Position numbers and translations under genes: made by a program. From Desulfobaccales bacterium (GTDB taxonomy: Bacteria > Desulfobacterota > Desulfobaccia > Desulfobaccales > 0-14-0-80-60-11), in contig JBAVUP010000128.1 in NCBI GenBank assembly GCA_049696835.1, positions 25,085-89,084 on the forward strand: 64,000 nt of DNA, in the 5' to 3' direction. Under the pieces are notes generated by a model, which was not told where the DNA came from, did not search any database, and saw nothing but the letters and a program-made list of their open reading frames with translations. Shown here piece after piece: positions 39,035 through 48,707 of the stretch. How positions within the stretch are numbered: the first letter of the stretch is position 1; every line of letters begins with the position of its first letter.

Positions 39035-39754
39035 TCATCGGCCATGATTGCTTAATCCTTCTGCCAAACATTCCTCCAGGATACGGTTAAAGGCCGCGGC
39101 CTGGGTCAAAAAGGGGAGATGCCCGGCCCCTGGCAGCAGATGCAGCCTGGCCCCGGGGAGCTGCTCTTGGAGGAACCGCGCCTGGGCCGGGTCCACGATG
39201 CCGTCCTCCTGCCCCTGGATGATGACGGTTCCTCTCGGCAAGCCGGGGAGCAGGGGCCGCAGGTCCGCCCGCAGCAAATAATCTAGTCCCGCCCCCAGGG
39301 TCGCCGTCGACGCCGGAGAGGCCAACGCGGCCCGGGCCTGGGAACCAAATGCGGCTTCCCCCGGGGCCAGGCACCGGTCCGCAAAGTCCTCCAGCATCTG
39401 GTGCCGATTCTCCTGCAGGGCCCGGCGCATGGCCCGCACCACGGCGGGGGGCTGGCCCCAGAGATGATCCGGGCGCCGGGTGAAGACCGGGGCGACGCCT
39501 GCCAGGACCAGCCCTGCGGGTCGCTCGCCTGTAAGGTCGCTCAAGGCCTCCATGAGCAGCATGCCCCCGAGGGACCAGCCCACCAGGAGGCACGCCGGTA
39601 AGAGTAATCCGTGGAGATATTGGGAAAACCACCCCACTTCCCAGGCCGGAACGGTGGGCGTCAGGACCGTCACCCGGTCGCCAAAGGCCGCGGCCTGTCG
39701 CGCCCAGACCCGGCCGGTGGCCCCCCAGCCGTGGAGCAGCACCAGGGTGTTCAC
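39035..39754 (-). CDS. bioH: Pimeloyl-ACP methyl ester esterase-like alpha/beta hydrolase
   Basis: LVLLHGWG and the nucleophile elbow GWSLGG. Lies between bioF and bioC. Confidence 0.7.
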   Translation of the reverse strand: MNTLVLLHGWGATGRVWARQAAAFGDRVTVLTPTVPAWEVGWFSQYLHGLLLPACLLVGWSLGGMLLMEALSDLTGERPAGLVLAGVAPVFTRRPDHLWGQPPAVVRAMRRALQENRHQMLEDFADRCLAPGEAAFGSQARAALASPASTATLGAGLDYLLRADLRPLLPGLPRGTVIIQGQEDGIVDPAQARFLQEQLPGARLHLLPGAGHLPFLTQAAAFNRILEECLAEGLSNHGR

Positions 39755-40923
39755 AACCCCAATCCCATGGCCCGGGCTGTAGCCACAATGGTCTCCCGAG
39801 CCCGGGTCAGGTCCTCCCGGCCATGGGCCGCGGACAGGGAAAACCGCACCCGGGCCCGGCCCGGCGGTACCGTGGGAGGTCGCAGGGCCACCGCCATGAG
39901 GCCCTGGGCCCTGAGTTCGGCCGCGAACTTAAGCGTTCGGGCGTTGTCTCCCACCAGCACCGGGATAATCTGGGTTTCGCTCCCCAGGATATCCAGGCCC
40001 GCGGCCAGCAGGCTCCGGCGGAATTTCTCGGCCTCGTCCAAAAGGTAGCGCCGCCGCTCCGGTTCCCGGACCACTACCTCCAGCGCCTGGTCAATGGCCC
40101 CCAGCACCGGCGGCGCCAGGGCGGTGGAGTAAATGAATGACCGGGCCCGGTTGTAGAGGTAATCCACCAGGCGCCGGTCGCCGGCCACGTATCCTCCCTG
40201 GGAGCCCAGGGCCTTGGAAAAGGTGCCCATGTGGATATCGACCTCCCGGCTGACGCCCTCGGCTTCGGCCAGCCCCGCGCCTCGCTCCCCCAGGACTCCG
40301 GTGGCGTGGGCCTCATCAATCATCAACCAGGCCCCGTAGCGGGCCTTCAGGGTCACCAGGTCTTTGAGCGGCGCCAGATCGCCGTCCACGGAAAACACCG
40401 AATCGGTGACGATCAGGCGGCGCCGGGCCCCCCCCGCCTCCCGGAGCAGGTCCTCCAGACGGTTCAGGTCCCGGTGGGGAAAACGCTGCAGCGCCGCCCC
40501 AGACAGCTTGATGCCGTCATAGATGCTGGCATGGTTGAGGCGGTCGCAGAAAATCGCGTCCCCCGGCCCCGCCAGGGCCGAAATGGTGCCCACGTTGGCC
40601 ATGTAGCCGGTGGGGAAAATCACCGCGGCCTCGGTGCCTTTAAAATCGGCCAGGCGGGATTCCACGGCCTCGTGCAGGGCCAGGTGGCCCACCACCAGCC
40701 GGGAGGCTCCGGCCCCCGTGCCCCAGCGGGCCGCGGCCGCCTGGGCCGCGTCGATGAGCCGGGGGTCCTGGGACAGGCCCAGGTAATCGTTGGACGATAA
40801 ATTGAGGAGGACCTGCCCGGCCACCCGCACCCGGCCTCCGGGCAAAACCTCCTCCACCACCTGGAGGCGCCGCCGCTGGGCCTGAGCCTCAAGTTCGGTC
40901 AGTTCTCGGGTTAATTCGTCCAT
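39751..40923 (-). CDS. bioF: 8-amino-7-oxononanoate synthase
   Basis: PLP-Lys region GTFSKALGSQGGY; class-II aminotransferase fold; bio context. Confidence 0.9.
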   Translation of the reverse strand: MDELTRELTELEAQAQRRRLQVVEEVLPGGRVRVAGQVLLNLSSNDYLGLSQDPRLIDAAQAAAARWGTGAGASRLVVGHLALHEAVESRLADFKGTEAAVIFPTGYMANVGTISALAGPGDAIFCDRLNHASIYDGIKLSGAALQRFPHRDLNRLEDLLREAGGARRRLIVTDSVFSVDGDLAPLKDLVTLKARYGAWLMIDEAHATGVLGERGAGLAEAEGVSREVDIHMGTFSKALGSQGGYVAGDRRLVDYLYNRARSFIYSTALAPPVLGAIDQALEVVVREPERRRYLLDEAEKFRRSLLAAGLDILGSETQIIPVLVGDNARTLKFAAELRAQGLMAVALRPPTVPPGRARVRFSLSAAHGREDLTRARETIVATARAMGLGL

Positions 40924-41026
40924 CCTGACTATTCCGAAAAGTCTCTCAAAAGTTTTCCCCTTCCCCCCTTTGAGGGAGAGGGCTGGGGTGGGGATTAGGT
41001 TTCTCTTGAGTTATAGGTAAACCTCT

Positions 41027-41055
41027 GCAGGGGCGGGTTTGAAACCCGGCCCTAC
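41027..41055. repeat. REP-like hairpin GCAGGGGCGGGTTTGAAACCCGGCCCTAC
   Basis: Variant of the 48662-48690 copy. Confidence 0.7.
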
Positions 41056-41119
41056 CCTCTTGGTTGTGCCGAAGGCCCGGACATAGCTGATAGCAGCTTG
41101 GGACAGACAACGTGCGGCC

Positions 41120-41860
41120 TCATCCTCGCCCCCCCACGAGCTGTACCGCAATGGGCCCAATCGCCCCTATAAAAGCCTCCCGGTCTGCGGGGCTATTCAG
41201 GCCGGCCACCTCCGGCAGCCGCCCCAGGACCGGCACTCCGGTCAAGGCCGCGATCACCCCGGGATTGGTCTGTGCCGCCAGGCCCGGCTTCTCGGGATAC
41301 CGGTTGAGGATGATCCCCGCCACCTCGATTCCGGCCGCCAGCGCCGCCTTGACCGTCAGGACCGTATGGTTGATGGTGCCCAGGCCGGATTTGGCCACCA
41401 CCACCAGGGGCAGGGCCAGCCAGCGGATCAGGTCCAGGACCAGGAAATCCAGGCCGATCAGGGGGACATACAGCCCTCCGGCGCCTTCCACCACGAAAAA
41501 TTCATACCGTCCCGCCAGGTCCCGAAGCGCGGCGGCAATCCGTCCCGGGTCCACCTCCACCCCTGCTTGGGCGGCGGCCACCCCGGGGGCCAGGGCCAGC
41601 CGCAGGGCGATGGGGGTGAGGAGGTCCAGGGACTCCTGCAGTCCGGCCAGATCCCGGGCCAACCGGGCATCCGTGGGGATGAGGCGTCCCCCCTCCTGGG
41701 GGCAGCCGCTCTGGATGGGTTTGAAATAAACCGCGCCCAGGCCCCGCCGCCGCAGCGCCGCAGTGAGCCCCGCGGCCACCCAGGTCTTGCCCACATCGGT
41801 ATCGGTGCCGGTGACGAAGAGCCCCTGGACCGGGGGCAGGTTGGGCAATGACAAATCCAT
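41120..41860 (-). CDS. bioD: Dethiobiotin synthase
   Basis: Start at ATG 41860 (TAATG overlap with the bioB stop). P-loop GTDTDVGKT. Confidence 0.88.
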   Translation of the reverse strand: MDLSLPNLPPVQGLFVTGTDTDVGKTWVAAGLTAALRRRGLGAVYFKPIQSGCPQEGGRLIPTDARLARDLAGLQESLDLLTPIALRLALAPGVAAAQAGVEVDPGRIAAALRDLAGRYEFFVVEGAGGLYVPLIGLDFLVLDLIRWLALPLVVVAKSGLGTINHTVLTVKAALAAGIEVAGIILNRYPEKPGLAAQTNPGVIAALTGVPVLGRLPEVAGLNSPADREAFIGAIGPIAVQLVGGRG

Positions 41861-42834
41861 TATTGCTCTGCCACAAGGGGGGCCATGGCCTCGGCCCGGG
41901 GGCCTTCCTGCACCAGCTCCAGCCCCAGGTCCGCCACCATCTGCCGGTCCTCTGCGGGCAGTCGGCCCCGGGTGGTGAGGTAGTCCCCGGTCATCAGGCT
42001 GTCGGCCCCGGCGGCGAACAGGAGCGGCGACAGAGACCGCAGGGTCACCTGGCGGCCGCCGCAGATGACTAAAGACCGCGTCGGGAACAGGAAGCGGAAG
42101 GCCAACACGATCTTCACAGCCTCCAGGGGGGCCAGCAGCGGACGCGGCGCCAGGGGAGTGCCGGGCAAAGGATGGAGAAAATTGAGGGGAATGGCGTCCA
42201 CCGCCAGGGTCTTGAGTTCCTGGGCCATCTCCCAGCGCTGGGCCAGGGTCTCGCCCAACCCGAAGATGCCCCCGGCGCAGACGGACAGGCCGGCGGCCTG
42301 GGCCGCCTCGATGGTGGCCACCCGCTCGGCAAAGCTGTGGGTGGTGCAAATCCGGGAAAAAAAAGAGGCCGCGGCTTCCAGATTATGGTGGAAACGGTCC
42401 AGCCCCGCCGCCTTTAACTCTTGGAGGAAGCCCCGGTCCACGATCCCCAGAGAGGCGCAGACGCGGATGGGCACGGCCTCCCGGATAGCGGCTACCGCCG
42501 CCAGCAGTGCGCCCTGCTCCCGGGGGGACCGGATGCCCCGGCCCGCGGTCACCAGGGAAAAGCGGGACGCCCCCGTTGTAGCCGCCTGCCTGGCCGCTCC
42601 CACCAATTCTTCCCGGGGCAGCAGGGGATAATGGGGTGCCTGGCTGTGAGCCTTCGCCGACTGGGAGCAAAAGGCGCAGTCCTCGGAGCACATCCCGGAC
42701 TTGGCGTTGATGATGACGCAGAAGCTCACCCGCCGGCCGAAATGCCGTTCCCGCAGCCGGCTGGCCTCCCCCAGCCGGGACCACAACTCAGGCCCCTCCA
42801 GGGCAAAGATCTCTTGCCAATCAGAATAGTTCAT
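41860..42834 (-). CDS. bioB: Biotin synthase
   Basis: Radical SAM CSEDCAFC. Start set to ATG 42834 (alternative 42846), because the ORF-track start at 42870 lies inside the BirA operator. Confidence 0.9.
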   Translation of the reverse strand: MNYSDWQEIFALEGPELWSRLGEASRLRERHFGRRVSFCVIINAKSGMCSEDCAFCSQSAKAHSQAPHYPLLPREELVGAARQAATTGASRFSLVTAGRGIRSPREQGALLAAVAAIREAVPIRVCASLGIVDRGFLQELKAAGLDRFHHNLEAAASFFSRICTTHSFAERVATIEAAQAAGLSVCAGGIFGLGETLAQRWEMAQELKTLAVDAIPLNFLHPLPGTPLAPRPLLAPLEAVKIVLAFRFLFPTRSLVICGGRQVTLRSLSPLLFAAGADSLMTGDYLTTRGRLPAEDRQMVADLGLELVQEGPRAEAMAPLVAEQ

Positions 42835-42864
42835 CTTGTGAAGCATCACCCAGGGCGGCACGAT

Positions 42865-42894
42865 TGTCAACCAATTAAATTTTCTTGGTTTACA
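42865..42894. promoter_or_regulatory. BirA operator (bioO)
   Basis: TGTCAACC-N14-GGTTTACA inverted repeat immediately upstream of bioB. Confidence 0.65.
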
Positions 42895-43337
42895 TTAGCA
42901 GCACCCCCGGTGACGTCCCTGGGGAGAGCAGGAAATCGCGCCTGGACCCCTGCAGCCATCAGCCACCCGCAAAAGTTACTCTTATCCTCACAGCCTCGCC
43001 CCGTCCAATCTCGACCCTCTGATAATAAATATATTGTTTTTTTAAATTAATAAATATTTATAATTATTCACAAGGTCATTCAGTTCCCTTGACCTGCCTG
43101 CCAAAGTCTGGCATCATCATTGCAGTTAATACATGGACTTCCCCACTGGTAAGATTGCCAGGCCAGGGAAGGCTGCCGCGGGGTGGGGGCCGGGCATATG
43201 CGCCGACGGCGCCAACCACAGGGGACCTTTGGGAGGCCTCCGGTCCTGAGGTTCAGGATAGGGCGTCCATACATGGGGCGCTACAGTATCGCCCCGGAGG
43301 TAACTCAATATTACATTTTGGATTGAACTTGATTTAA

Positions 43338-45986
43338 ATGCAAACCAAGAATATTAATAATGATAAGGTAAGCCAAGACATAAAACCATCCATTATTTAT
43401 AAATTAGATAACTTAGTTTTTATAGTTATTTCTATTATTATCTTATTCTGGATCATTGAATCCGCTATCGAAACCCTGGCATTCTTCCAGAACACGACTT
43501 TATTACAACAATTGTTCAAGCCGAGCGGTCGTGAATTATGGATCCGCTTCGTCTTTATTCTTTTATTGATTTTATTGGGGATATATTTTCGCCGGGTATT
43601 GACTCGCCTGACCGTGGCCAACACCCAACTGCACCGAGAAGTTGAGGAGCGCCAACACGCCGAACATGCCTATAAAGATTTATTGATCAAAAATGAAATG
43701 ATCTTGCATTCGGCGGGAGAAGGTATTTGTGGTCTGGACGCCTCGGGTAAGGTTACTTTTGTCAATCCCGCCGCGGCCACCATCAGCCGCTACGCCCTGG
43801 AAGAGTTGATCGGTCGGGATATCCACGCCCTGTTGCACCACACCAAAGCCGATGGCACCCCTTACCCCAAAGAAGACTGCCCGATCTATAACTCTTGGAG
43901 CAACGGCCAGGTCCAGCGGGTCTCCCGCGACCTGTTTTGGACCAAGCACGGCGACGGCTTTCCCGTGGAGTACGTGAGCGCTCCTATCCTGAAGGACGGC
44001 CAGGTTGACGGCGCCGTGGTGGTGTTTCGAGACATCGCTTCCCGGGTCCGGGCCGAGGCCGACCTTGAGGAAGAGCGGGATTTTATCGCCACCCTCCTGG
44101 ATACCGTGAGCGTCCTGGTCGTGGTGCTGGACCCCCAAGGGCGTATCGTCCGGTTTAACCGGGCGTGCGAGGCAATCTCGGGGTATTCCTTCCCGGAAGT
44201 GGAAGGCAAACCCGTCTGGGATCTTTTCACACCCCCGGAAGACGTGGAAGAGGTTAAAAGGGTTTTTTCCACCTTGCTCATTGACCAGATGCCCGGAGAG
44301 CATGAAAATTATTGGATCTCCCGGGATGGGCCGCACCATCTGATCGCCTGGTCCAATACCGCCGTGCGGGATGCCGAGGGGCATGTCACCCATATCATCG
44401 GGACCGGTATCGATGTCACGGACCGCCGCCGGGCTGAACAGGACCTCAAGCAGGCCAAAGAGTACCTGGAAAACGTCCTGGACAATTCCGCCGACTCCAT
44501 CGGCATCGTCGACCGCCAAGGCACCGTCATCAAGTGGAACAAAGCTTCCGCCGACGTCTTCGGCTATTCTGCCGCGGAACTTACCGGCAAATCCGCCTTT
44601 GAACTCTATGCCGATAAAACCGAACTCGAGGAGATGCTGGCGCGGTTGCGCCGGGATGGCTCGGTCCACCGGCACGAAATCCACATGAAAAAAAAGGATG
44701 GCAGCATCGCCCTGTTCGCGCTCTCCATCAATCTGCTCTACGACCAGGACCACGCCATTATCGGCAGCGTGTGCGTCGCCCGGGACCGCAGCGAAATTAA
44801 ACGGACTCTGCATGATCTGGCCGCCCTTAATGAGCAGCTCCAGAATGAAATTGCCGAGCGCAAGGAGGTGGAAACCGCCCTCCAGGCCGCCAATAACAAC
44901 TTAAAGGAAATTATCCGCCAATTTGAGCAGCGCAACCGGGAAATTACCCTGCTCAATGAGATGGGCGACCTGCTGCAAGCCTGCCTCACCTGCCAGGAGG
45001 CGTACGAGGGCATCGCCCACTTTGCTGCCTCCTTATTTCCCGAGGAGTCCGGCGCCCTATTCATCCTCAACGCCTCCAAAACCTTCATGGAATCGGTAGC
45101 CGCCTGGGAGCAACCGGAGATCGGCGAAACGGTCTTCTCCCCCGACGAATGCTGGGCCCTGCGGCGCGGCGAGATTCACGCAGTCGATTCCCAGCAACCG
45201 GGATTAATCTGCCCCCATTTGACGAAGGTGCCCATCGCTGATCATATGTGCATTCCGCTGATCGCCCAGGGTGAGATCATGGGCCTGATCCTGTTGCAGA
45301 ACCGGGTCTGCGCCCTGGACAGCCCGGCACCCCTGCGGGAGCAGTTGATCGAGTCCCGGCAGCGCCTGGCCCTGACCCTGGCCCGGCAAATTTCCCTGGC
45401 CCTGGCCAACTTGAAGCTCCGGGACAGCCTGCGGGCCCAGGCCCTGCGCGATCCCCTCACCGGCCTGTATAACCGCCGTTACATGGAAGAAACCCTGGAT
45501 CGGGAAATCCTGCGCGTCCAACGCCGCAACCAAGCCCTGGCCCTTATCATGGTGGACCTGGACAACCTCAAGCCCATCAACGACTCCCTCGGCCACGAGG
45601 CCGGGGATCAGGTGATCAAGGCCCTGGGCCGGTTCCTCAAGACCCAGGTGCGCCGGGAGGATGTGGCCTGCCGCTATGGCGGCGATGAGTTTACCCTGAT
45701 TATGCCCGAAGCGTCCCTGGAAATCGCCTGCCAGCGGGCCGAGCTGGTGCGCCAGGGCATTAGCCGGCTCCGGGTGGTCTACGGCGACCGGTCCCTGGGA
45801 CCCATTACGGCCTCCTTCGGCGTGGCCACCTTCCCGGACCACGGGATCAGGGGCGAGGACCTGGTGCGCGCCGCCGACGCCGCCCTCTATCACGCCAAAC
45901 AGCAAGGCCGCAACCAACTGGGCATCGCCCTCCCTGCCGGTAAGCTGGCGCCCTCCGGGGAGCCCGAAACCCAGACACGCCATTAA
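43338..45986 (+). CDS. Membrane sensor diguanylate cyclase (2 TM, 3x PAS, GAF, GGDEF)
   Basis: C-terminal RYGGDEF with I-site RRED 5 residues upstream. Repeated PAS blocks. GAF-like region before the GGDEF domain. Confidence 0.9.
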   Translation: MQTKNINNDKVSQDIKPSIIYKLDNLVFIVISIIILFWIIESAIETLAFFQNTTLLQQLFKPSGRELWIRFVFILLLILLGIYFRRVLTRLTVANTQLHREVEERQHAEHAYKDLLIKNEMILHSAGEGICGLDASGKVTFVNPAAATISRYALEELIGRDIHALLHHTKADGTPYPKEDCPIYNSWSNGQVQRVSRDLFWTKHGDGFPVEYVSAPILKDGQVDGAVVVFRDIASRVRAEADLEEERDFIATLLDTVSVLVVVLDPQGRIVRFNRACEAISGYSFPEVEGKPVWDLFTPPEDVEEVKRVFSTLLIDQMPGEHENYWISRDGPHHLIAWSNTAVRDAEGHVTHIIGTGIDVTDRRRAEQDLKQAKEYLENVLDNSADSIGIVDRQGTVIKWNKASADVFGYSAAELTGKSAFELYADKTELEEMLARLRRDGSVHRHEIHMKKKDGSIALFALSINLLYDQDHAIIGSVCVARDRSEIKRTLHDLAALNEQLQNEIAERKEVETALQAANNNLKEIIRQFEQRNREITLLNEMGDLLQACLTCQEAYEGIAHFAASLFPEESGALFILNASKTFMESVAAWEQPEIGETVFSPDECWALRRGEIHAVDSQQPGLICPHLTKVPIADHMCIPLIAQGEIMGLILLQNRVCALDSPAPLREQLIESRQRLALTLARQISLALANLKLRDSLRAQALRDPLTGLYNRRYMEETLDREILRVQRRNQALALIMVDLDNLKPINDSLGHEAGDQVIKALGRFLKTQVRREDVACRYGGDEFTLIMPEASLEIACQRAELVRQGISRLRVVYGDRSLGPITASFGVATFPDHGIRGEDLVRAADAALYHAKQQGRNQLGIALPAGKLAPSGEPETQTRH

Positions 45987-46084
45987 TACGGTTTTCGATT
46001 TTCGGTTTGCCTCAGGGGCTATTTTAGAGGGATGGCGTGCTGGTTAGGGAAATTCTTGACCGAGAAATTCTGAGGATTTTATAA

Positions 46085-46185
46085 ATTTATTCCTTAAGGG
46101 GTTGGGGGAGGGAGTTTGAGGGAGTTTTTCGTAAGCGGAGGGGCCACTTACGAAAAAGCCCCTCGCCCCCTCCCTCAATAATTTC
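46085..46185. repeat. G/C-tract composite palindromic element
   Basis: AAGGGGTTGGGGGAGGGAG..., then TTTTTCGTAAG-CGGAGGGGCCA-CTTACGAAAAA-GCCCCTCGCCCCCTCCCTC. Shares segments with 60365-60525. Confidence 0.75.
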
Positions 46186-46197
46186 CAAAATCAGCTT

Positions 46198-48465
46198 TCA
46201 CCGCCGGGAGACGTACACCTCCCGGGGTTTGATGCCGTCCGAGGGGCCGATGAGGCCTTCCTTTTCCATGGTTTCGATGATGCGGGCCGCCCGGTTGTAG
46301 CCTACCCGCAGCCTACGCTGCAGCATGGAGATGGAGGCGTTCCGGGTCTCGGCCACCAGTTCCACCGCGTCGGCGTACTTTTCGTCCTTCTCGCCGTTTT
46401 CGGCGATTTCCTCTTCCGCCTCCCGCATCTCCGTAATCCCGACCTCATACTCCGGCCTCGCCTGGGCCTTCAGGAACTCCGTCACCCGGGTGACTTCCTC
46501 GTCCGAGACGTAGGGGCCGTGGATGCGCTTCAGGCGGGAGGTCCCCGGCGGCATGAACAGGAGGTCCCCCATGCCCAGGAGGCGCTCGGCCCCCATAGCG
46601 TCCAGGATGACCCGGGAGTCCATCCGGGCCGACACCTGATAGGAGATGCGGGTGGGAAAGTTGGCCTTGATGAGGCCGGTGATGACGTCCACCGAAGGCC
46701 GCTGGGTGGCCACGATCAGGTGGATCCCCGAGGCCCGGGCCTTCTGGGCCAGGCGGATCAGGTACTCTTCCGTGTCCCGGGACGACACCAGCATCAGGTC
46801 CGCCAACTCGTCGATGACGATGACCAGGTACGGCAGGGACCGGGGCAGGATGCCTTCCTCGATCCGGGGGTCCGGTTTTTTGGCCTTGGCCTTCTGGTTA
46901 TAGCCTTCGATGTTGCGCACGCTCAGATCACTCAGGAGGGCATAGCGGCGCTCCATCTCCCCCACGGCCCAGTGCAGGGCGGTAGTGGCCTCCTTGGGAT
47001 TGAACACCACCGGGTGGAGCAGGTGGGGAATGTCTTCGTACATGGAGAGCTCGATGCGCTTGGGGTCCACCAGCAGGAAGCGCACCTCCTCCGGGGTGGC
47101 CTTGAACAGCACACTCAGGATCATGGCGTTGAGGCCCACGCTCTTGCCGCTGCCGGTGGCCCCGGCGATGAGCAGGTGGGGCATCTTGGCCAGGTCGGTG
47201 ACCACCGGGGTCCCCATGATGTCTTTGCCTAGGGCCAGGGTCAGGCGGGAGGCGGACTTCTGGTAGGAGGTGTCCGCCAGGATTTCCCGCAGGGCCACCA
47301 CCTGGCGCTTGGGGTTGGGTACCTCGATGCCCAGCACCCCCTTGCCCGGCACCGGCGCCACGATGCGGATGGACAGGGCTTTCAGGGCCAGGGCCAGGTC
47401 GTCGGCCAGCCCGGTGATCTTGCTGATCTTGACCCCCAGGGCGGGCTCGTATTCGAAGCGGCTCACCACCGGCCCGGTCATAATGGCGGTGACCCGGCCC
47501 TCCACCCCGAAATGCCGCAACGTGTCCTCCAGCTTTTGGGCCTGGGCCATCATGGCGCTTTCCTGCACCTGCTGGTTCCAGGGCGGCGACGGGTCCAGGA
47601 GGTCCAGGCCCGGCAGGGTAAAGACCCCGGGCGTCGGCGCGACTTTGCGGGATTTGGCGGCCCCCGCTTCCAAGGCCGGGACTGACGGACCCGGCGACGG
47701 CGTCAGGACGGGGACTTCGGCCTCGCCCCCGGTCTGGGTGATGACCGGGCGCCCCATGACCGGCTTCCGGGGACGGTACGGGGGCGCCTCCGGCAGCTCT
47801 TCTGCCTTCCGCCCCCGGATCAGGCCCCAGACCCCCCGCAGCCCCCGGCCCACCAGCGCCATGAGCCCGACGTAGGACAGGCGGGTGGCCCCCATAACAC
47901 TGAGGAGTAGGACCAACCCCAACGCCAGGGCCGCGCCCAGGGGATTGAGGCCGGCGCGCAGGGCCCCGGCGATGAGCTTCCCCAGACCCCCGCCGCCGTA
48001 CATGAGTTCGCCGCCCCAGGTTATCGCCGGCCACCCCAGGGACAGCAGCCCCGCCGAAGCCAGCAGCACCCCCAGGGCCGACACGGTTTGGGGCCAGCCC
48101 AGGTCCTCCAGCCCCTCGTGGTGGGACTGCCAGGCCAGGCCCAGGAACATCAGGGGCAGCCAGAAGGCGGCCAGCCCCAGCCCCCAGATGCAGTAAGCCG
48201 CCACCAGGGCCCCCCCCTTGCCCGCGGCGTTGTTCACCGTTGCGGCCTTCCCTATGCCCATAAAACCTTGGGGATCGGCAGGGGAATGGCTCCCCAGGGC
48301 CAGCAGGAAAAACCCCGCCAGGCCCAAAAGCAACAGGGCCGCCATCTCCTGGCCCAACCGCCCCTGCCAGGAGACCTCGGGCGCCGCCGCCCTTTTAGGG
48401 GCCGCCGCGGCCTTGGCCTTCCGGACATTGCCCTTCTTTTTCGTCGTCTCGCTTTTCGTAGCCAT
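46198..48465 (-). CDS. ftsK: DNA translocase FtsK
   Basis: Start ATG 48465. N-terminal TM domain, Pro-rich linker, Walker A GATGSGKS. C-terminal gamma wHTH LQRRLRVGYNRAARIIETME. Confidence 0.92.
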   Translation of the reverse strand: MATKSETTKKKGNVRKAKAAAAPKRAAAPEVSWQGRLGQEMAALLLLGLAGFFLLALGSHSPADPQGFMGIGKAATVNNAAGKGGALVAAYCIWGLGLAAFWLPLMFLGLAWQSHHEGLEDLGWPQTVSALGVLLASAGLLSLGWPAITWGGELMYGGGGLGKLIAGALRAGLNPLGAALALGLVLLLSVMGATRLSYVGLMALVGRGLRGVWGLIRGRKAEELPEAPPYRPRKPVMGRPVITQTGGEAEVPVLTPSPGPSVPALEAGAAKSRKVAPTPGVFTLPGLDLLDPSPPWNQQVQESAMMAQAQKLEDTLRHFGVEGRVTAIMTGPVVSRFEYEPALGVKISKITGLADDLALALKALSIRIVAPVPGKGVLGIEVPNPKRQVVALREILADTSYQKSASRLTLALGKDIMGTPVVTDLAKMPHLLIAGATGSGKSVGLNAMILSVLFKATPEEVRFLLVDPKRIELSMYEDIPHLLHPVVFNPKEATTALHWAVGEMERRYALLSDLSVRNIEGYNQKAKAKKPDPRIEEGILPRSLPYLVIVIDELADLMLVSSRDTEEYLIRLAQKARASGIHLIVATQRPSVDVITGLIKANFPTRISYQVSARMDSRVILDAMGAERLLGMGDLLFMPPGTSRLKRIHGPYVSDEEVTRVTEFLKAQARPEYEVGITEMREAEEEIAENGEKDEKYADAVELVAETRNASISMLQRRLRVGYNRAARIIETMEKEGLIGPSDGIKPREVYVSRR

Positions 48466-48474
48466 GATGATTTC

Positions 48475-48527
48475 TTTGGGGAAGGGATTGTAAGTGGGCC
48501 CACAGCCCACTTACAATCCTTCCCCAA
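48475..48527. repeat. Long hairpin directly upstream of the ftsK start
   Basis: TTGGGGAAGGGATTGTAAGTGGGC-CCACA-GCCCACTTACAATCCTTCCCCAA. Confidence 0.8.
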
Positions 48528-48661
48528 GCCCCATCCCCCAACCCCATAAGGAGGTGGGAAAACATGTTATTCCAGTAGGTTACCCATTAATGCCTGAATT
48601 TCCTATAAATTGCAATAACTTTCTGGCACCGTGGCCGCATAGGCCAGCCACGGGATTTTTT

Positions 48662-48690
48662 GTAGGGGCGGGTTTTAAACCCGCCCCTAC
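48662..48690. repeat. REP-like perfect hairpin GTAGGGGCGGGTTTTAAACCCGCCCCTAC
   Basis: Perfect palindrome with the shared GTAGGGGCG/CGCCCCTAC ends. Confidence 0.8.
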
Positions 48691-48707
48691 CGCGCCACAT
48701 TGATACT

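Noticed and set aside
38872-39045. Longer BioC start at 39045, overlapping the bioH stop
   Set aside because: The extra 58 residues translate a G/C-tract repeat element and have no methyltransferase similarity. The start is kept at 38871, though translational coupling to bioH cannot be excluded.
41861-42349. Upstream 163 codons of the 409-aa ORF 41120-42349
   Set aside because: This part overlaps bioB in another frame and is Gly/Pro/Arg-rich. BioD homology (GTDTDVGKT) begins at Met 41860, which overlaps the bioB stop (TAATG).
46928-48034. 368-aa same-strand alternative frame within ftsK
   Set aside because: Gly/Pro/Arg low-complexity translation. The ftsK frame has Walker A, the gamma domain and the TM domain.
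48615-48640. Sigma54-like TGGCAC motifs (48620, 21778, 61497)
   Set aside because: None has a correctly spaced TTGC(A/T) -12 element, or is positioned upstream of a gene on the right strand.
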